64,000 bases of DNA from Myxococcota bacterium (GTDB lineage Bacteria; Myxococcota_A; UBA9160; JAFDDA01), in NCBI GenBank assembly GCA_965228475.1, contig OZ245817.1, forward strand, positions 4,864,001 through 4,928,000, in the 5' to 3' direction. Made by a program: the position numbers and the translations under genes. Shown one piece after another: positions 1 through 11,860 of the stretch (positions within the stretch are counted from its first letter, which is position 1; each line of letters opens with the position of its first letter). A model generated the notes under the pieces. The model was not told the origin of the DNA, searched no databases, and saw only the letters and a list, made by a program, of their open reading frames with translations.

Positions 1-440
1 ATGCGCCCGAGCCGCGCGATGGAAGCGAGCACCTCGTCGAAACGCACCGGGTTGAACCCCTCGACGGCGATGCCGAGCTCCGCGAGGCGCCCGTGGAAGT
101 CGCGCTGCTCGGCGCTCGGCACGAGCAGCACGAGATCCGGCGCGAGCGCCGCGAGAGATTCGAGGTTCGGCGTGTAGAGCCCGCCCACCGAAGGCAGCTC
201 CGCGAGCACCGGATTCTGCTTCTTCGACCAGTCGTCGACGCCGACCAGCCGTTCACCCGCGCCGAGCGCCAGCACGATCGCCGTGAGCGAAGGGTTCAGC
301 GAGACCACCCGGCGGGCCCCTTCGGACGTGCCGTCGGCCCATGCCGCTGGAATCCCGAGCGCGCCGATGGCCAGGCCGCAGAGTGCCGCCAGGAGCGCTC
401 GTCTTCGAACGCGGATCATCGGAAGGGGCCGGGGGTCCAT
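1..440 (-). CDS. ABC transporter periplasmic binding protein, BtuF/helical-backbone metal receptor family (3' end outside window)
   Basis: Manual minus-strand translation from ATG at 440: signal peptide then RRVVSLNPSLTAIVLALGAGERLVGVDDWS...SVGGLYTPNLESLAALAPDLV. Confidence 0.8.
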   Translation of the reverse strand, partial: MDPRPLPMIRVRRRALLAALCGLAIGALGIPAAWADGTSEGARRVVSLNPSLTAIVLALGAGERLVGVDDWSKKQNPVLAELPSVGGLYTPNLESLAALAPDLVLLVPSAEQRDFHGRLAELGIAVEGFNPVRFDEVLASIARLGR

Positions 441-490
441 GGCGCGGGATGATACCCGCCCCCAGCGACCCCCGGCCCGGTGACCGCCGG

Positions 491-805
491 CTAGCGGACT
501 TTCGCGGTGGTCTTCCCGCTCACGGCCAGGAAGGGCCGAAGCCGCTCGAGCAGGGCATCCCCGATGCCCTTCACCGCGACCAGCTCGTCCACCTTGCGGA
601 ACCCTCCGCGGGCGGTGCGTTCGCTCACGATGGCGCGGGCCCGGGCCTCACCGACCCCCGGCAGCAGCTGCAGCTCCTGGGCGCTCGCCGTGTTCACGTT
701 CACCACGCCCGAGAGCGTCGCGGCGCTCGCACCCGGAACGACGAGGGCGAGAGCCAGTGCGCACACGGCCAGGAGGCCGCGCAGCCCGTTCATTCGATCG
801 ATCAT
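491..805 (-). CDS. ComEA-family helix-hairpin-helix DNA-binding protein
   Basis: Signal peptide, VNVNTASAQELQLLPGVG...FRKVDELVAVKGIG HhH motifs; start chosen at MIDRM. Confidence 0.85.
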   Translation of the reverse strand: MIDRMNGLRGLLAVCALALALVVPGASAATLSGVVNVNTASAQELQLLPGVGEARARAIVSERTARGGFRKVDELVAVKGIGDALLERLRPFLAVSGKTTAKVR

Positions 806-869
806 GTGGAGGATCTCCCCGGGACCAGACGGGGAAGGAAGGGTTCCGGCCGGCGCTTGCCGGCGGCGG

Positions 870-1922
870 TCAGTTCTCCCGGCCGACGGCGTAGTCCGCC
901 GCGGCGAGCAGCGCGCGCTTGCCCGAGCCGTCGGGGAAGGGCTCGATGCTCGCGATCGCACTCTTCGCCAGATCGCGCGCACGGCGCACGGTGTCTTCGA
1001 CGCCGCGGTACTGCTCGACCAGCCCGATCACCGGCGAGAGGTCCACGCCTTCGATCGCGTCTTCGCGCTCCTCCGGCACCGCTTCGCCGTGGGCCGCGGC
1101 CTTGGCGAGCGCCTTCAGTACGTTCACGATCTCACCGCGCTCGGCCGGCGTGCTGCGCTTGAGCGTCATCAGCAGCGGCAGCGTGACCTTGCCTTCCCGC
1201 AGATCGTCGTAGGCGCGCTTTCCGAGTTCTTCATCGCTGCCCGAGTAGTCGAGCGCGTCGTCCCGAAGCTGGAAGGCCAGGCCGACGCCGCGGCCGAACT
1301 CCGAGAGCCGGCGCCGCTCGCCGCGCGTCACCGAGCCGAGGATGGAGCCCGCCTCGGCGGCGGCCGAGAGCAGGGCGGCGCTCTTGCGCTCGATCACGTC
1401 GAAGTAGACGCCCTCGGTCACCTCCGGGTCGAAGCCGCGCGCGAGCTGGAGCAGCTCGCCCTCGGCCATGCGCCGGATCGTGTCCGAGAAGAGCCATTGG
1501 ATCTCGGGGTCGCCGTCTTCGACGATCATCGAAGACGCGCGTGCATAGAGATAGTCGCCGACGAGCACGGCGCGGCGGTTGCCGTACACGGCGTGGGCCG
1601 CCGGGCGGCCGCGGCGCAGCTCCGAGAGATCGACCACGTCGTCGTGCAGGAGGGTCGCGGTGTGGAGGAGTTCGACGCTCGCCGCGATCTGCACCCGGCG
1701 CGGGCCGTCGTAGCCGCACATCTCGGCGGCGAAGAAGAGCAGGGCCGGGCGGATCCGCTTGCCGCCGGAGGACAGGACGTGCTCGCCGACGAGGGCGACC
1801 GCCTCGCTCTGGGCAGCGAGCTGCTCGCGCATGGCACGTTCGACCTGCTCGAGGCCCGGCGCAATCCGGTCGAGGGCTTCGGCGATCGGGGCGGCGAGGC
1901 CGCTCGCGGGGGTTCCCGACAT
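870..1922 (-). CDS. Polyprenyl diphosphate synthase (IspB-like)
   Basis: GGKRIRP, LLHDDVVD..RRG (FARM) and FQLRDD (SARM) motifs. Confidence 0.9.
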   Translation of the reverse strand: MSGTPASGLAAPIAEALDRIAPGLEQVERAMREQLAAQSEAVALVGEHVLSSGGKRIRPALLFFAAEMCGYDGPRRVQIAASVELLHTATLLHDDVVDLSELRRGRPAAHAVYGNRRAVLVGDYLYARASSMIVEDGDPEIQWLFSDTIRRMAEGELLQLARGFDPEVTEGVYFDVIERKSAALLSAAAEAGSILGSVTRGERRRLSEFGRGVGLAFQLRDDALDYSGSDEELGKRAYDDLREGKVTLPLLMTLKRSTPAERGEIVNVLKALAKAAAHGEAVPEEREDAIEGVDLSPVIGLVEQYRGVEDTVRRARDLAKSAIASIEPFPDGSGKRALLAAADYAVGREN

Positions 1923-2139
1923 CTCGGTCAACCTAGCCCGCCCTTGCCCGAGCGTCAAAGGCCCGATCCGCAAAAACGTTCGCAAAATCAGACGGTTAAC
2001 CCGGATCTACCCCCCTCGAGACCGGCCGGGCCCGCGCCGCACCGTCACCCGGCGCGCGCCGGGCGGTTGACGGTCGACCCCGGGTCGCCGTAGCCTCGCG
2101 CGATCCCAAACGAATTCCCGAGTCCCCCAGGAGACCCCC

Positions 2140-3243
2140 GTGCTCGAACGCTACTCCCAGCTCGCCGAACGCGCCCTGCGCGACGAGCCGGTCCGCGAGG
2201 CCGACGCCCACTGGATCCTCGACGGCGACGACGTCGCCCTCCTCCCCCTGCTCCACGCGGCCTTCGTCCCGCGCGAGCATCACCACGGCCGCCGGGTGAA
2301 GGTCCACGTCCTGAACAACATCCAGAACGGCCTCTGCCCCGAGGACTGCGGCTACTGCTCGCAATCGCGCGACTCCGACGCCGCCATCCGCAAGTACCCG
2401 CTCAAGTCCGACGCCGAGATCCTCGCCGAGGCCGAGGCCGCCGCCGCCTCGGGCGCGAGCCGCTACTGCATGGTCGCCTCGGGCCGCGGGCCGACCCTCG
2501 AACGCACGCGCAAGCTCGCGGACCTCGTGCGGGAGATCAAAGGCCGCTGGCCGATCGAAGTCTGCATCTCGGCCGGGCTCCTCGAAGAAGAGCACGCCCG
2601 CATCCTCGCCGACGCCGGCCTCGACCGCTTCAACCACAACCTGAACACGAGCGAATCCCACTACGGCGAGATCTGCTCGACCCATACCTACGGGGATCGC
2701 GTGCGCACGCTCCAGGCCGTGAAGAAGTGCGGCATCGAGCCGTGCAGCGGCCTGATCATGGGGATGGGCGAGACGAGCGACGACCTCGTCGAGGTGGCCT
2801 TCCGCCTGCGCGAGCTCGAGGTGCCCTCGATCCCGGTGAACTTCCTGATCCCCATCGACGGGAACCCCGTGCGCCGCGACGGCACGCTCTCGCCCGAGCG
2901 CTGCCTGCGCGCACTGGCGCTGATGCGGCTCGTGAACCCGCGCGCGGAGATCCGCGCCGCCGGCGGGCGCGAAGGGCATCTGCGCTCGCTCGGTGCGCTG
3001 CTGCTCTGGCCCGCGAACTCGCTCTTCGTCGAGGGCTATCTGACGACGCGCGGCGACGCCGTCGCCGAGACCTACGAGATGATCCGCGACGCCGGCTTCG
3101 AGGTCGAAGGCAACGCGGACTTCACGGGCGAGCTCCCGGAGCGCCCGGCGGCCACGCCCGGCGAGTTCCGCCTGACGGGCGGCGCCGGCGAGATCCTGAA
3201 GCCCGAGATCGCCCGCCCTGCGGGCCGCGGCGTCGGGGAGTAG
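2140..3243 (+). CDS. bioB: Biotin synthase (radical SAM)
   Basis: CPEDCGYC motif, FNHNLNT, AGGRE; first gene of the bio cluster. Confidence 0.95.
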   Translation: MLERYSQLAERALRDEPVREADAHWILDGDDVALLPLLHAAFVPREHHHGRRVKVHVLNNIQNGLCPEDCGYCSQSRDSDAAIRKYPLKSDAEILAEAEAAAASGASRYCMVASGRGPTLERTRKLADLVREIKGRWPIEVCISAGLLEEEHARILADAGLDRFNHNLNTSESHYGEICSTHTYGDRVRTLQAVKKCGIEPCSGLIMGMGETSDDLVEVAFRLRELEVPSIPVNFLIPIDGNPVRRDGTLSPERCLRALALMRLVNPRAEIRAAGGREGHLRSLGALLLWPANSLFVEGYLTTRGDAVAETYEMIRDAGFEVEGNADFTGELPERPAATPGEFRLTGGAGEILKPEIARPAGRGVGE

Positions 3244-5085
<1,842 letters not shown>

Positions 5086-5094
5086 CTCGAAACC

Positions 5095-5136
5095 CTAGGG
5101 CTCCTCACACTCGTCCTAGAGCTCCTCACACTCGTC
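5095..5136. repeat. 21-bp tandem duplication (1 mismatch) of the 3' end of the adjacent gene
   Basis: ctagggctcctcacactcgtc / ctagagctcctcacactcgtc. Confidence 0.9.
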
Positions 5137-7458
5137 GAGCGGCATCGAGCCGATCCAGTCCGTCATCAGCGCGACACCCTCGTCGTGCACGATCGCCTTG
5201 GCGAGCTCGGGCATCTCGATCGGCGGCACCGCCGAGTCCATGCGGAAGACCAGGATCGATTCGGCCGGGTTCCCCGGAACGATGTCGAAGGTGAAACCGC
5301 CCGAGCCGGGGCCGGCCGCGATCGGGTGCTTGCAGATGCCGAGGTTGAAGTTCTCGGGCTGGGCGGCCTGCAGCCAGAGGCTCGTGAAGCCCGCCCGGCC
5401 GACCGGACTGTGGCAGTGCGCGCAGTTCGACTCGAGGTAGGCGCGCGCGCGCTCGGCCAGGGTGCCGTCGGTCGGATCGTCCCAGACCGGGAGCCGCGGC
5501 TCGTTCTCCGGCACCACCGCCACGTCGAGGATGCCGAGATCGTGCCAGGTCACGAGCTGATTCGTCGTGCCCGTGGCGTCGCCCGGGTCGGGCCGGTTCA
5601 ACAGGCGCGCCTTCGGGCCGATTACGTCCATCGGATCGTTGAAGCCGGTGTGGCAGCCCGCGCACTGGTTCGCGTCCGGCACTTCGTAGACGATCGACGC
5701 TTCGCTCCCGTCCGTGCGCAGCAGGTCGACCGCGACGGCCGCGCCTTCGGGCGTGAAGGCCGCCTCGGTCTCGTCCTCGTTCCAGAGGTAGACGAGCGCC
5801 TTCCAGCCCGCTTCGCGGTGGATCAGCAGGCGCGTCTCGACGATCTGCTCGCCGCCGCCCGGAAGATCGAACGTGAACGTCTTGGTGATGATCGTGCCGA
5901 CCGGGAAGTCGAACACGTCGGCGGCGTTGTACGTCGCGGTCTCGCCCTCGGGTACGAAGGCGAAGCGGTACTTGTTCGCGTAGTCCGAGAAGAGCGGCGT
6001 CGTCAGGTCGTAGAGCACGCCGCGCTCGGTCGCGGGGCCGCGCGGGTCGTTCCCTGCGAAGAGGTTGTAGTCCGAGAGGTTCGGACAGTTGGCCTCGATC
6101 GCGCCCCAGTTGGGTCCGCTTCCCGGGTCCGCACCGCACAGCGCGGCCGTCTCCTCGGGCGAGAGCGGCTCCGAGCCCTCCGGCAGCGGCAGGCGGTCGC
6201 GCAGCACGATCGGCGCGATCGGCGGGTGTTCGCAGTCGAAGGGCGCTTCGTCGTAGCGGTCGACGCCCGGGAAGGCCGTTCCGAGCACGCCCCAGGGATG
6301 GTCCCCGTCCGCGCCCGCTTCGTTGTCGTGGAAGCAGACGCGCAGCGGGTCGGGGAGGAGCTCTTCGGGGCCGAGCCCGTAGTCGGGGTTCCGGATGCGG
6401 TCCCACCAGGCGTCCGGCAGGTCGTTCTGGAACTGGAAGGCGATGACCTGCCCGATCAGGTTCTGCGGAATCGCGCTGTTGTTGTTCATCCGGTTGTGGT
6501 GGACGTGGATGGTCTCGGGGAACACGTCGAAGGCCGGGTCGTAGGGGAGCAGCGTCAGCTCGAAGCTGATCAGCGCGATGCCCGAGGTCAGGTTGTCGTA
6601 GATGTCGTTCTCGAAGATCTCGACGTTGTCCATCGCCATCACGAGGATGCCGATGCCCGAGGGCACGAGCACGAGCAGCGGCGAGGAGCCGAAGTTCGGG
6701 CCGTTGTTGTCGTAGAGCCAGTTGTGGTGGACGCGCGCCGTGCCGCCGACGCGGTTGATGCCCGGGTCGTCGAAGACGAGGATGCCGGCCGTGTTCCCGG
6801 TGGCGATGTTGTGGTGGACGTCTGAGTTCGTGGTGTTCTCGATCTCGATGCCGGCGACGTTGCCCTCGAGGTAGTTGAACCGGACCACCGCGTTGTTCGA
6901 CTGGCCGACGTAGATGCCCGTGTCCTCGGCGCCCTTGATGTAGCAGTACTCGACGAGCACGTTCTCGCTGTTCACCGGGTACACGCCGTAGGGCCCGTTG
7001 TTCGGGTCCGCGAAGCTCTCCCACTCGACCCACACGCGGCGGATGGTCACGCCGTCGACCGCGTCCGCTTTCACGCCGTCACCCGGCGGGTTCATGATGC
7101 GCAGGTCGTGGATCAGGAACTCGTCGCCGAAGGCCGAGAAGGCCTGGGCTCCGGATGCGCCCGAGAAATCGAAGATCGTCTTGTCCATGCCCTGGCCGCG
7201 CACGGTCACGTGGCTCTCGGCGAAGGTCAGGCCCTGGGTCATGACGAAGGTGCCCTCGCCGAACTCGAGGATCGTTCCGGGCGTCGAGAGGTTCACCGCG
7301 CGCCGCACGCGCGTCTCGAAGGCCAGAGCGGACTCCCCGGGCGTCGGTGCGAGGAACACGAGGGTCGTCCCGGGCGGCCCGGGCTCGAGGCGGCAGTTCA
7401 GGGTGAGAAGGGCCGTCAGGATGGCGACGCAGTGCAGCAGGGTTCGGCGAGACTTCAC
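5116..7458 (-). CDS. Parallel beta-helix protein fused to an SO2930-like diheme c-type cytochrome
   Basis: N-half beta-helix (YGVYPV, GIYVGQS, NVAGIEIENT); C-half YDLTTPLFSDYANKYR, ETRLL and two CxxCH motifs (CAGCH, CAHCH). Confidence 0.8.
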   Translation of the reverse strand: MKSRRTLLHCVAILTALLTLNCRLEPGPPGTTLVFLAPTPGESALAFETRVRRAVNLSTPGTILEFGEGTFVMTQGLTFAESHVTVRGQGMDKTIFDFSGASGAQAFSAFGDEFLIHDLRIMNPPGDGVKADAVDGVTIRRVWVEWESFADPNNGPYGVYPVNSENVLVEYCYIKGAEDTGIYVGQSNNAVVRFNYLEGNVAGIEIENTTNSDVHHNIATGNTAGILVFDDPGINRVGGTARVHHNWLYDNNGPNFGSSPLLVLVPSGIGILVMAMDNVEIFENDIYDNLTSGIALISFELTLLPYDPAFDVFPETIHVHHNRMNNNSAIPQNLIGQVIAFQFQNDLPDAWWDRIRNPDYGLGPEELLPDPLRVCFHDNEAGADGDHPWGVLGTAFPGVDRYDEAPFDCEHPPIAPIVLRDRLPLPEGSEPLSPEETAALCGADPGSGPNWGAIEANCPNLSDYNLFAGNDPRGPATERGVLYDLTTPLFSDYANKYRFAFVPEGETATYNAADVFDFPVGTIITKTFTFDLPGGGEQIVETRLLIHREAGWKALVYLWNEDETEAAFTPEGAAVAVDLLRTDGSEASIVYEVPDANQCAGCHTGFNDPMDVIGPKARLLNRPDPGDATGTTNQLVTWHDLGILDVAVVPENEPRLPVWDDPTDGTLAERARAYLESNCAHCHSPVGRAGFTSLWLQAAQPENFNLGICKHPIAAGPGSGGFTFDIVPGNPAESILVFRMDSAVPPIEMPELAKAIVHDEGVALMTDWIGSMPLDECEEL

Positions 7459-8126
7459 GGAGCGTTCTCCAGGTAACGGCCCAGGTAGGCCTTGACCAAG
7501 GTCTTCATTTCATCGGCGATGGCGGGGAGCTTCACCGTGTGATCGTCGGCGGAGGGGTCGATGGCCCATCCTTGGATGCCGGTGGCCGCTTCGATGGTGG
7601 TGCGCGCCACGCACCAGCGCTTCTCCGGGTCGGGGAGCGCGGCAACGAGCTTCGGGTGCGCCGCCAGCGCGCGCGCCACCCGGGCACTCGACGCCGCGCC
7701 CTGGAGCCGGAACTCCGGCGAGAGCACGACGGTCCGGACGAGCACCTGGGTGGTGCGGTCGCGTTCGTGCTCGCTGAAGTTCGTGAGCACCATCTCGACG
7801 ATGCGGTCGACGGCCTCGTCCCAGGGCAGCGCGTAGCTGCTCTCGATCGCGGCGATGGTCTGCGCATCGAGCGCCTCGAGCCGGCGCTGCATGAGCTCGG
7901 CGAGCACGGCGAGGGCGTTCGGGAAGTACTGGTAGAGCGAACCGATCGGGACCCCCGCGCGCTCGGCGATGGCGCTCGCGGTGACCTCGTCGGCCGGGTG
8001 ATCCCCGAGCAGGGACTCCGCCGCCTCGAGCAGGCGCTCGACGCGCTTTCGCCCGCGCTCCTGGACCGGGAGGCGGCGGCGGGCGAGGCGGGAGGGTTCG
8101 GGCGCGGGCTGGGCGTGGGTCGGCAT
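7455..8126 (-). CDS. TetR/AcrR family transcriptional regulator
   Basis: IAERAGVPIGSLYQYFPN HTH. Confidence 0.9.
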   Translation of the reverse strand: MPTHAQPAPEPSRLARRRLPVQERGRKRVERLLEAAESLLGDHPADEVTASAIAERAGVPIGSLYQYFPNALAVLAELMQRRLEALDAQTIAAIESSYALPWDEAVDRIVEMVLTNFSEHERDRTTQVLVRTVVLSPEFRLQGAASSARVARALAAHPKLVAALPDPEKRWCVARTTIEAATGIQGWAIDPSADDHTVKLPAIADEMKTLVKAYLGRYLENAP

Positions 8127-8305
8127 GGAGTCCCGGAAAGTGAGGGAGGCTCATATTAAGCGCTCGGCCGGGATCGACTCAAGCCCGAATTTCGGCTCTT
8201 CCGGGTGGCTTCAGGGCGCCAGGAGCCCGAGAAGCCCCCGAAACGCGACCGGCCCCTCCCGCGGCGAGCGCGAGAGGGGCCGGTTTTCGGTGCTGCGTTC
8301 GGCGG

Positions 8306-9133
8306 CTAGGCCGAGCGGCGGCGGTGCAGCGCGGCGGCTGCGGCCAGGACGAGCAGGCCGAGGCTCGGCTCCGGCACCGCGGTGATGCCGGTCGGGTCCA
8401 GGAAGCTCATCTCGAGGCTGTCGAAGGCCGAGGCCAGGCTGTTGCGCGTGGCGCTGGCCGAGAGGTGCGACCAGACGAAGAAGCGGTCGCCGTCGCTGAC
8501 GTCGCACTGGACGGAGCCGTTCAGGATCTGGACGCCCGCGTTGGCCGTGACCGACATGTCGAAGACGTCACCGCACTGTTCAAGGCCGGGTTCGCCCGGG
8601 ACGATTTCGAACAGGAACGTCCCCGGGTCCGTCGAGTGCGGGAGATCGTCGCCGAGCACGAGCGCCACGGTGCCGCGGATGCGCGCGTCGAGGGCGCTCG
8701 ACCCAATCGGCGTCTCGGCGTTTCCGATCAGCGAGATGTTGAGAACGATCGTCGACGCGGGGCCCGAGTAGTCGAAGCCCCGGTAGCCGGTGGAACCCAC
8801 GCTGACACGGGCGTTCGGCTCCGCGTCGGCCAGGGCGCGCAGGTGCGGCAACCCGTCCGGGCCCGTGAAGTCGGCGCGGCCCTGACCGATGCCGTGACCG
8901 AACGTCGCCGTGTTGTCGAAATTCACGAGGGCGAGGGTCTCGTTCGGGCCGCCGTCGAAGGCGAAATCCGAGGTGCCGCCGCTGCCGCCACAGAAGCTCG
9001 GGCAGGGCGAAATGGAACCGACGCCGACCTCGGCGCCGATCGTGGCGGCGGAGGCAGCTCCGGCAAGGGGCAGGCTCAACAGGGCGGCCGCGAGGACCGC
9101 GCGCGAAATCCGTGACATACAACGATTCTCCAT
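8306..9133 (-). CDS. PEP-CTERM sorting domain protein
   Basis: Signal peptide; C-terminal VPEP + hydrophobic helix + RRR. Confidence 0.85.
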   Translation of the reverse strand: MENRCMSRISRAVLAAALLSLPLAGAASAATIGAEVGVGSISPCPSFCGGSGGTSDFAFDGGPNETLALVNFDNTATFGHGIGQGRADFTGPDGLPHLRALADAEPNARVSVGSTGYRGFDYSGPASTIVLNISLIGNAETPIGSSALDARIRGTVALVLGDDLPHSTDPGTFLFEIVPGEPGLEQCGDVFDMSVTANAGVQILNGSVQCDVSDGDRFFVWSHLSASATRNSLASAFDSLEMSFLDPTGITAVPEPSLGLLVLAAAAALHRRRSA

Positions 9134-9255
9134 CCCCGAGGGAAGGTGCGGGGTACGGAGGATGTGGCGGGATCGGGCCCTCAGGTGGCGGCCGGAACGC
9201 CCACTTTCGTCAGATTTTTCGGGTGTCTGGGGCGAGACGCCCCGGGGCCTCGCAG

Positions 9256-9963
9256 CTAGCCGCGAAGCGCCGCCGCGATCTCTTCCTGGATGGCCTCGGC
9301 GGCGGCGCGCGGGTCGCGCGCTTCCCGGATCGGCCGGCCGACGACCAGGTAGTCCGAGCCGTTCGCCAGGGCCTGGCTCGGAGAGACGACCCGCTTCTGG
9401 TCGTCGTCGTTGTGGACGGGGCGGATGCCCGGCGTGACGGCGAGCAGCTTCCCCTCGGTCTCCTGCTTGATGCGCTCGACCTCGAGGCCGGAGGAGACGA
9501 CGCCGTCGCAGCCGAGCTCGAGGGCGCGGCGGGCCCGCGAGAGCACGAGGGCCTCGATGTCACAGTCGAAGCCGAGGTCGGTGAGGTCGCCGCGGTCGAG
9601 GCTCGTGAGGGCCGTGACGGCCAGGACCTTGAGGCTCGGCCCCTTGGCGTTGGCGGCGGCGCGGAGCATCGCGTCGTTGCCGTGGACCGTTACGAAGTGC
9701 ACCCCGGCCCGGGCGACCTGGCGGACGGCCGCCGCGACGGTGGCGGGGATGTCGAAGAGCTTCAGGTCGAGGAAGATCTTCTTGCCGCGCGAGCGGAGCT
9801 CCTCGACGAGCCCGGTGTGGTCGCCGGCCAGGAAGAGCTCGAACCCCACCTTGTAGAAGACGACCGCCGGGCCGAGCTCGTCGACGAGATCGAAGGCCTC
9901 CTCGTGGCTCGGGACGTCGAGGGGGACGATCAGGCGTTCGCGCGGGTCGATCGGTTGGCTCAT
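9256..9963 (-). CDS. pyrF: Orotidine-5'-phosphate decarboxylase
   Basis: FLDLKLFDIPATV, VTPGIRP, VVGRPI. Confidence 0.95.
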   Translation of the reverse strand: MSQPIDPRERLIVPLDVPSHEEAFDLVDELGPAVVFYKVGFELFLAGDHTGLVEELRSRGKKIFLDLKLFDIPATVAAAVRQVARAGVHFVTVHGNDAMLRAAANAKGPSLKVLAVTALTSLDRGDLTDLGFDCDIEALVLSRARRALELGCDGVVSSGLEVERIKQETEGKLLAVTPGIRPVHNDDDQKRVVSPSQALANGSDYLVVGRPIREARDPRAAAEAIQEEIAAALRG

Positions 9964-9974
9964 CGCGCCCGATC

Positions 9975-11153
9975 TTAGCGCGCGTAGGCGCGCCGCCCGG
10001 CCAGCCAGGTCTCGGCGACGCTGCCGTCTTCGGCGAGCACCACGAAGTCCGCCCGGGCGCCCGGGCGGAGCGTCCCCCGCTCGTTCTCGACGCCGAGCAG
10101 CCGCGCCGGGCGGAGCGTCGCGGCCGCGATGGCCTCGAGGCGCGTCATGGCGCCGAAGCGGCTGGCGTTCGCCACGGCCTCGGCCATCGGGAGCCGGCTC
10201 CCGGCGAGCGTGCCGCCGGGAAGCCGCCAGACCGGCCCGTCCGCGGTCAACGTGCCTTCCCCGAGGAGGCCGCCTTCCTCGGGCGGCTCGATCCGGTCGG
10301 TGATCAAGACGAGCCCTTCTCCCTTGGCCCGGGCGGCGGCCCGGACGGCCGTCGGGTGGACGTGGACGCCGTCGCAGATGAGATCGCAGCTCACCTCCGA
10401 CGCCGCCAGCACCGCGCCGATCGCTCCCGGCGCCCGGTGGTGGAAGCTCCCCATGGCGTTGAAGAGGTGGGTGGCATGACGCACGCCGCGCTCGAACCCG
10501 GCCTCGGCCTGCTCGGCCGCGGCCTGGGTGTGTCCCATCGAGGCCACGACGCCGCGGCGGTCGAGCTCCTTGATCAACGCCTCGCTGCCCGGGAGCTCGG
10601 GAGCCAGCGTCACCATGCGAAGCTTGCCGCCGGCCGCGGCGAAGACGGCCTCCCCCTCCGCGGGCTCGAAGGGCCGGATCCCGGCGGGCGGCTGGGCGCC
10701 CGGCGCACCCGGACTGATCCAGGGCCCTTCGAGGTGGATCCCGAGGACCCCGGCGTGACCCTCGCCCTCGCGGAGCCGGTCCGCGGCCTCCGCCATGGCT
10801 TCGACGCGCGTCACGAGCTCGTCCGGGCCGAGCGCCACGGTGGTGGGCAGGAAGCCGGTCACCCCATGACGCAAGATTGACGCAGCGTCTTGACGCATTG
10901 ACGCTGCAGGTGCGTCAATCGCGTCAAAGATCAGGGCGCCGTGGAAGTGGACGTCGAGGAACCCCGGAGCGAGCGAGCGGCCGGCCAGGTCCACCACCTC
11001 GGCGCCTTCGACGACCTGGCCCGGCGGGAGGGCGGCCGTGATCCGCCCGCCCTCGACGAGCAGCGCGTGCCCCTCATGCGCCTCTCCCGCCTCCGGGTCG
11101 AGGAGGCGGCCCCCCTGGAAAAGCATCCGTTCCACGGCGCGGAACTTAGCCAT
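9975..11153 (-). CDS. nagA: N-acetylglucosamine-6-phosphate deacetylase
   Basis: PGFLDVHFHG, GIHLEGPW, TLAPE, THLFNAM, DGVHV, LAGS. Confidence 0.9.
   Translation of the reverse strand: MAKFRAVERMLFQGGRLLDPEAGEAHEGHALLVEGGRITAALPPGQVVEGAEVVDLAGRSLAPGFLDVHFHGALIFDAIDAPAASMRQDAASILRHGVTGFLPTTVALGPDELVTRVEAMAEAADRLREGEGHAGVLGIHLEGPWISPGAPGAQPPAGIRPFEPAEGEAVFAAAGGKLRMVTLAPELPGSEALIKELDRRGVVASMGHTQAAAEQAEAGFERGVRHATHLFNAMGSFHHRAPGAIGAVLAASEVSCDLICDGVHVHPTAVRAAARAKGEGLVLITDRIEPPEEGGLLGEGTLTADGPVWRLPGGTLAGSRLPMAEAVANASRFGAMTRLEAIAAATLRPARLLGVENERGTLRPGARADFVVLAEDGSVAETWLAGRRAYAR
10867..10927. repeat. Cluster of six TGACGC motifs inside nagA
   Basis: Forward copies at 10867, 10878, 10891, 10899; reverse copies (GCGTCA) at 10912, 10921. 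Confidence 0.85.
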
Positions 11154-11218
11154 TCTGCCTCGCGGGAACCCTCGGACTGCTCAAGTCCCGCGGTGGTGTA
11201 GCCGATATCCCACGAGTC

Positions 11219-11788
11219 ATGGCACGCCCCCTCGGTCACGACATCGAAGAGGATCTCCAGCTTCTCGAGGCGAAGCTGAAGATCGTGAAGTTCCAGTACG
11301 AGCAGTACTTCCTCGGGAACCGCCCACGCGAGCCCCAGATCGAGCGCGGCGAGGTCCAGAAGATCGTCGCCTACTGGTCGAACATGGCCATTCGCAACAC
11401 GGCCATGCGCTTCAAGTTCAACACGCTCTGCTCGCGCTTCTTCACCTTCCGGCGGCAGTGGGACGAGACCGTCCGCAAGATCGAGACGGGCACCTACGCG
11501 CCCCACAACTTCAAGGCGAATCTGAGAAGCGGAGGGCCGCCGAAGCCCCCGGCCGCTCCAGGCGCCGGCGCGGCTCCCGCCACGGACGACATCTTCGACG
11601 CCTACCTCGAGGCGCGGCGCTCCTGCGGTGAGGGCACCGAGGGGCTCACCAAGGCGAAGCTCGACCAGGTGCTGAAGAAGCAGGAAGACGCGATCCGCAG
11701 CAAGTACGAATGCCAGTCGGTGAAGTTCCGCGTCGTCGTCGAGAACGGCAAGACGAAATTGAAAGCGAGCCCGGTGAAGGCCGCCTGA
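11219..11788 (+). CDS. MXAN_5187 C-terminal-domain-like protein
   Basis: QYEQYFLG..PREP N-terminus and VKFRVVVENGKTKLKA C-terminus, recalled from this myxobacterial family. Confidence 0.7.
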   Translation: MARPLGHDIEEDLQLLEAKLKIVKFQYEQYFLGNRPREPQIERGEVQKIVAYWSNMAIRNTAMRFKFNTLCSRFFTFRRQWDETVRKIETGTYAPHNFKANLRSGGPPKPPAAPGAGAAPATDDIFDAYLEARRSCGEGTEGLTKAKLDQVLKKQEDAIRSKYECQSVKFRVVVENGKTKLKASPVKAA

Positions 11789-11860
11789 TCGAAACCCCCC
11801 GCGGCCGAGCGCCCATCCGCGAGGCGCCGGCGCGACAAGCTCCCCGGAGTCCCCCCCACC

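Noticed and set aside
1925..2075. BirA operator upstream of bioB
   Set aside because: GTCAACC/GGTTRAC half-sites are present but not at the spacing of a BirA palindrome.
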